From Hyphomicrobiales bacterium (GTDB lineage: Bacteria > Pseudomonadota > Alphaproteobacteria > Rhizobiales > Beijerinckiaceae): a DNA stretch of 35,714 nucleotides. A program made the position numbers and the translations under genes. Positions 32,292 to 35,714 of the stretch are shown piece by piece (the stretch's first letter is position 1; each line of letters begins with the position of its first letter). Below the pieces are notes generated by a model that ran no database searches, had not been told where the DNA came from, and saw only the letters and a list, made by a program, of their open reading frames with translations. The DNA lies in assembly GCA_031380285.1 (NCBI GenBank), contig JANNFV010000614.1, positions 1-35,714 of the forward strand. Reading direction: 5' to 3'.

Positions 32292-32740
32292 CTATCCGGC
32301 TGTTATCGCCGCCACGATCTGTGTTTTGCCGAGAATGTTCATGATTCTGGTCAGACTGTAGGCAAGCACGTGCAGCGCCATCTCAGCCGCCACATTCGGC
32401 AAACGCTTGATCAGGAAGTGGGTGGCGCCCATCCTGGCCTTGATCGTACCGAACGGATGTTCGACCGTTTTACGGCGGATGCGCATGGCATAGGGGTTCT
32501 GGTCGAGACGGCGCTGAACGTCCTCAACCAGTTGCTCGTACTCCCAACGCGTGATGCGGCGTTCCTTGGCCGTCGTGCACTGGCTCTTGATCTGGCACGC
32601 GAGGCAGGCAGCCGTCGACCAATAGCGCCGAAGAGCCATGCCGTGCTCAATCCCGGTGTAGTGGTAGGATAACAATGCACCAGCGGGACACTGATACATG
32701 TCTGTGTCAGATCGATAAACGAAGTCCTCTTTTACGAACC
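32292..32740 (-). pseudogene. IS1182/IS5-type DDE transposase, C-terminal fragment only
   Basis: The sequence (GRFVKEDFVYRSDTD)MYQCPAGALLSYHY...CLACQIKSQCTTAKERRITRWEYE...RRKTVEHPFGTIKARMG...FLIRGL-like...LAYSLTRIMNIL matches the conserved C-terminal third of IS1182-family transposases. The N-terminal two-thirds are absent. Confidence 0.75.
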
Positions 32741-33443
32741 GACCTTCGCGCTTCGAGCCCTGTTTCGGCTAGCCGTTCGGTGTATTTTATGGACACGTAT
32801 TGCGATCCCGTGTCGGAGTGGTGAACCAGACCGCCGCGATGGACGGGCCGCCTGTCATGCAGTACCTGTTCCAGCGCATCGAGCATGAAGCCCGCATGCG
32901 CCGTCCGGCTGGCCCGCCAGCCGACAATCCGGCGGGCGTAGGTATCGATGACGAAGGCCACGTAGACGAAGCCTGACCAGGTGCTGACATAGGTGAAGTC
33001 GGACACCCACAGCACACTGGGCCTTGGCGCATGGAACTGCCGGTTGAGATGGAGCCAGACCTTCCTGGCACCGTAGACCTCGTAGTTCGCGGCTAAGACG
33101 CGGGCGAGCTCTGGCTGCAAGGCAAAATCCTGCCTCGTCCGCAGCGAAAGCTTGGCAGGGTCAGCCCGTTTTGCAACGTGGTTGCGATAGGTGGATTGGG
33201 CGATCGGTAGGACCTTGCAGATCGTCTCGCCCCGTGGACTCCACAATGATCATCAATGAAGCTGATCATCTCCTCAACGGCCGGTCGAGCTCCGCCTGCG
33301 CGAGGCATGCTCGCCTTCGTGATCTAGCACCAACCGCACCGCTCGGGCGCGCACTTCGGGCGAGAACTTGTTCGTCGTCTTGCTCATGATGGCTCCATCC
33401 TATTTGGAAGTTGGAGCCTGCAGCAAACCCGGGGCGGTTCACA
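32736..33443 (-). mobile_element. IS3-family element remnant (degenerate orfA/orfB, one terminal inverted repeat retained)
   Basis: The orfA start MSKTTNKFSPEVRARAVRLVLDHEGEHASR (ATG at 33387) is joined by an internal deletion to AQAELDRPLRR. orfB reads MISFIDDH..., then a frameshift, then ICKVLPIAQSTY...VYGARKVW, then a deletion, then LWVSDFTYV...HHSDTGSQYVSIKYTERLAE, and is then truncated. The terminal repeat TGTGAACCGCCCCGGGTTTGCTGC ends at 33443. Confidence 0.8.
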
Positions 33444-33444
33444 A

Positions 33445-34383
33445 GTCTATCCCGGAGAGCATGATCCCCTGCTCGATCGTGCTGTGTTCGAGGCCGTTCA
33501 GGACGAGCTGTCAAGCCAGCGCAACAGCAGGCACAGGCTCCCATCACGGATGACGGGATTGCTTACCGGGCGCATTTTTGATTCCAGAGGCAACCGCATG
33601 ACGCCGACGCATGCCAACAAGAATGGGGTGCGTTACCGCTATTACGTTACCCGCGCCCTTGCAGAGGGGCGCAAGCATGAAGCGGGCCATCCTGCCCGCG
33701 TGCCCGCACCTGAGATCGAGCAGGCCGTGCTTACGGCGTTGCACAGGCATTTTGAAGGCCAATCCAAGCTAGGAGACAGGACCGCAGATTATCTATCAGC
33801 TTCGCAGAATACCGATCGTCTACAGAAGGCCCAAATTGCGGTGTCGAACTCAGGTTCAATCGAGTGCTCCGCGCCATCCGTGGCCGACCCTGCGTCAGAA
33901 GCCAGCCACCTGATTGAAGGGACCATCGACCGTGTTGATGTTTACGCCAATACCGTTGTCCTAAAACTCCAACGATCCGAGGCGATCAGCTGCGACGAAA
34001 ACGCAGCGGAAATCCTGACCGTTCCTTGGGCACGAACTAACACCAGACCGCGGCGTGAGGTTGTCGAGGCATTGCCCGTGATCAGCAATGCACCGAACAA
34101 CTCCCAGCGTCGCCTGGTGATTGCCATCGCGACCGCCCGCAGCTGGTTCCATGAGATTGCAAGCGGCGCGATCGCAAGCGTCGAAGCTATCTCCATCCGT
34201 GAAGGCATGCATCCTAAGAGCATCCGTTCCACGCTTTCGCTGGCCTTCCTCGCGCCGGATCTTGTGGAACACCTGCTGGACAGCCGGTCGCACAAACCTC
34301 CAACTCAAACCGAGATCGTCAGGAATCTGCCTGCGCTTTGGGCTGAGCAACGTCGTAAACTGCTGAACGACGCACAATCCTGA
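33445..34383 (+). pseudogene. large serine recombinase, C-terminal part only (5' end removed at the IS3 boundary)
   Basis: The reading frame is open right up to the IS3 end: VYPGEHDPLLDRAVFEAVQDELSSQRN...LLTGRIFDSRGNRMTPTHANKNGVRYRYYVTRAL. This is the recombinase-domain to zinc-ribbon-like region of large serine recombinases. The catalytic resolvase domain is missing. Confidence 0.78.
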
Positions 34384-34409
34384 ATTGCGGACAACTCGCC
34401 AGCGACGCG

Positions 34410-34487
34410 CCGGTTTGCTGCCAGGCAGGCTTTGGAGTTGCGGCGTCGGGCTCCAGTGCGAACCACTCTCAGTCCGCAGCAAACCGG
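34410..34487. repeat. 12-bp perfect inverted repeat pair resembling the IS3 terminal repeat core
   Basis: CCGGTTTGCTGC lies at 34410..34421 and GCAGCAAACCGG at 34476..34487, 54 bp apart. The neighbouring IS3 end contains GCAGCAAACCCGG. Confidence 0.4.
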
Positions 34488-34676
34488 TCTGGCAGCACCC
34501 TGAACTGGCAAAAATGGAAATCGCATATCCCGGCCAGAGAAATGCCCGCTTCCGTCTTCAGGAACCGCCAGCAAGACGTTCCGACAAGACGGAAACGCTC
34601 CGTCCGCCACCGTAAGCATTTGAAATGCCGCGATAAAAGTCATAGATTTAAAAACGGAAGGTTCGTCCAGAAAGGA

Positions 34677-34751
34677 TGGTGGGCGCTACAGGGATCGAAC
34701 CTGTGACCCCTACCATGTCAAGGTAGTGCTCTACCGCTGAGCTAAGCGCCC
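34677..34751 (-). tRNA. tRNA-Val(GAC): tRNA-Val (anticodon GAC), CCA encoded
   Basis: The reverse complement is GGGCGCTTAGCTCAGCGGTAGAGCACTACCTTGACATGGTAGGGGTCACAGGTTCGATCCCTGTAGCGCCCACCA. It folds into a cloverleaf with acceptor GGGCGCT/AGCGCCC, D stem GCTC/GAGC, anticodon stem CTACC/GGTAG with loop TTGACAT, and T stem ACAGG/CCTGT. Confidence 0.95.
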
Positions 34752-34782
34752 GAACCTGCAAGGATCGTGGAGGGGTGAGCCG

Positions 34783-34810
34783 CTATAGCGGGAGCGGCTG
34801 CTGCTGGCAA
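34783..34810 (-). promoter_or_regulatory. candidate sigma-70 promoter for tRNA-Val
   Basis: The minus strand reads TTGCCA, a 16-nt spacer, then CTATAG. The -10 element ends about 31 nt upstream of the tRNA 5' end. Confidence 0.3.
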
Positions 34811-34840
34811 CCGCTGAAATCAATCGCGGCAAGCAGGGGT

Positions 34841-34972
34841 TAGGGCAATTCAATTCTGCACCCGTTTGGTCGTCTTGGCCGGGCTTGCCCCGGCCATCCA
34901 CGTTTGCTTTCAGCATTGCCAAACGTGGATGCCCGGCTCAAGGCCGGGCATGACGATAGATTTGAATTGCCC
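34841..34972. repeat. REP-like long imperfect palindrome, same family as 31937..32047
   Basis: The outer arms are AGGGCAATTCAA and TTGAATTGCCCT. The inner arms are GGCCGGGCTTGCCCCGGCCATCCACGTTTG and CAAACGTGGATGCCCGGCTCAAGGCCGGGCATGAC. It lies between the cpdR stop codon and the tRNA-Val promoter region. Confidence 0.7.
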
Positions 34973-34983
34973 TGAAGCAGGGT

Positions 34984-35349
34984 TCAGGCGGCCTGCTGGA
35001 TCATCCGGTTGACCTCGCTGACGAGGTCTTTCAGATGGAAGGGCTTGGACAGCACCTTGGCATCCTTGGGGGCCTTGGAATCCGGATTGAGCGCCACAGC
35101 CGCAAAGCCTGTGATGAACATCACCTTGATATCCGGGTCGAGTTCCGTGGCACGACGGGCCAGTTCGATCCCGTCCATCTCGGGCATCACGATATCCGTC
35201 AGCAGCAGTTCGAACGGTTCTTCCCGCAGGCGGTTATAGGCCGACAAGCCATTGTCGAAGGACGTGACGTCGTATCCCGCGTTCTGCAGCGCTTTCACCA
35301 GAAACCGGCGCATATCGTTGTCGTCTTCAGCCAGCAGGATCCGGGGCAT
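34984..35349 (-). CDS. cpdR: single-domain response regulator CpdR
   Basis: It is a 121-aa receiver-only protein. The sequence is MPRILLAEDDNDMRRFLVKALQNAGYDV...LLLTDIVMPEMDGIELARRATELDPDIKVMFITGFAAVALNPDSKAP...KPFHLKDLV. This closely matches my recollection of rhizobial CpdR1. Confidence 0.85.
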   Translation of the reverse strand: MPRILLAEDDNDMRRFLVKALQNAGYDVTSFDNGLSAYNRLREEPFELLLTDIVMPEMDGIELARRATELDPDIKVMFITGFAAVALNPDSKAPKDAKVLSKPFHLKDLVSEVNRMIQQAA

Positions 35350-35437
35350 TGCTTTTCGCTCGTTTTTTGATCAGGTGGAAACAGGTTAGCGCAATGGGTG
35401 GTAAAGAACCAGTGAACCACCGCCGCTTTTGCGCCCT

Positions 35438-35714
35438 ATGGTTAGGACGAAACTGTTGATTCGGGAAAGGAAGCCACCTTTGGAGGTCAGTTTCGACCCG
35501 CCGTTCGAGATCCTTGCGCCCCATGAGGCGCTGCTGCCCTTCGTCTTCAGCACGCCGCATTCCGGTCGAAACTACCCCGAAGCGTTCCTGGCCATGGCGC
35601 GGCTGGATCGGCTGGCCCTCCGGCGCTCGGAGGATTGCTATGTCGATCTGCTTTTTGCCGGTGCGCCGCTCATGGGTGCGCCTTTGCTCAAGGCCCATTT
35701 CCCCCGGGCCTATC
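35438..35714 (+). CDS. N-formylglutamate amidohydrolase family protein, N-terminal part (runs off the right edge)
   Basis: My translation reads ...FEILAPHEALLPFVFSTPHSGRNYPEAFLAMARLDRLALRRSEDCYVDLLFAGAPLMGAPLLKAHFPRAY, with the family hallmarks HSG..YP, RSED..VD and FPR. The start is uncertain (ATG 35438 or TTG 35456). It is missing from the track because it is open-ended. Confidence 0.75.
   Translation, partial: MVRTKLLIRERKPPLEVSFDPPFEILAPHEALLPFVFSTPHSGRNYPEAFLAMARLDRLALRRSEDCYVDLLFAGAPLMGAPLLKAHFPRAY

Noticed and set aside
35327-35698. 123-aa minus-strand ORF at the right edge, and the 7..288 plus-strand ORF at the left edge
   Set aside because: Both are antisense to open-ended genes that have clear family motifs on the other strand (the N-formylglutamate amidohydrolase family and PhnE).
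1-35714. I searched for CRISPR arrays, rRNA, prophage blocks, toxin-antitoxin pairs and known defence-system genes
   Set aside because: I saw no regularly spaced direct repeats. None of the credible ORFs carries nuclease, helicase, methylase, reverse-transcriptase or similar signatures. The accessory content here is metal resistance and IS debris, not a recognisable defence island.

Overview
This is a 35.7-kb, GC-rich segment that looks alphaproteobacterial (Rhizobiales-like). The evidence is a CpdR orthologue, REP-like palindromes that translate to VDGRVKPGHD, and the phoCDET-type phnCDE order. I support about 30 real protein genes and one tRNA. Most other long ORFs in the track are antisense artefacts of GC-rich coding sequence.

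Layout:
- 1-9.98 kb: a phosphorus-scavenging block. It holds phnC-phnD-phnE, a secreted phytase-like esterase, two metallophosphoesterases and a ugp-like ABC importer. Each of the four transcription units is preceded by a Pho-box-like direct repeat.
- 10.1-17.2 kb: a sugar ABC / GH2 glycosidase operon plus one enzyme of unknown function. A divergent LacI-family repressor gene and a perfect 16-bp operator palindrome sit upstream.
- 17.25-18.24 kb: an AT-rich gap of about 1 kb with no credible long ORF.
- 18.24-21.5 kb: an orphan amino-acid binding protein and a MetC-like PLP lyase, with a divergent LysR regulator.
- 21.5-31.9 kb: a metal-resistance locus. An OmpR/HK two-component pair is divergent from an RND adaptor carrying an extra N-terminal module, a CusA/CzcA-type RND pump, a small periplasmic paralogue of that module, a Met/His-rich DUF305 protein and an NreB-like MFS exporter with a His-rich tail. 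There is no outer-membrane factor gene.
- 31.9-34.75 kb: a REP-like palindrome, IS1182 and IS3 debris joined by a deletion, a serine recombinase cut off by the IS3 end, and tRNA-Val(GAC). This looks like a decayed genomic-island edge.
- 34.8-35.7 kb: a second REP-like element, cpdR, and the start of an N-formylglutamate amidohydrolase-family gene.

The best candidate for something undescribed is the nrs-like metal locus, especially its fused and duplicated His-motif periplasmic module. All functional calls rest on reading the translations. No database search was run.
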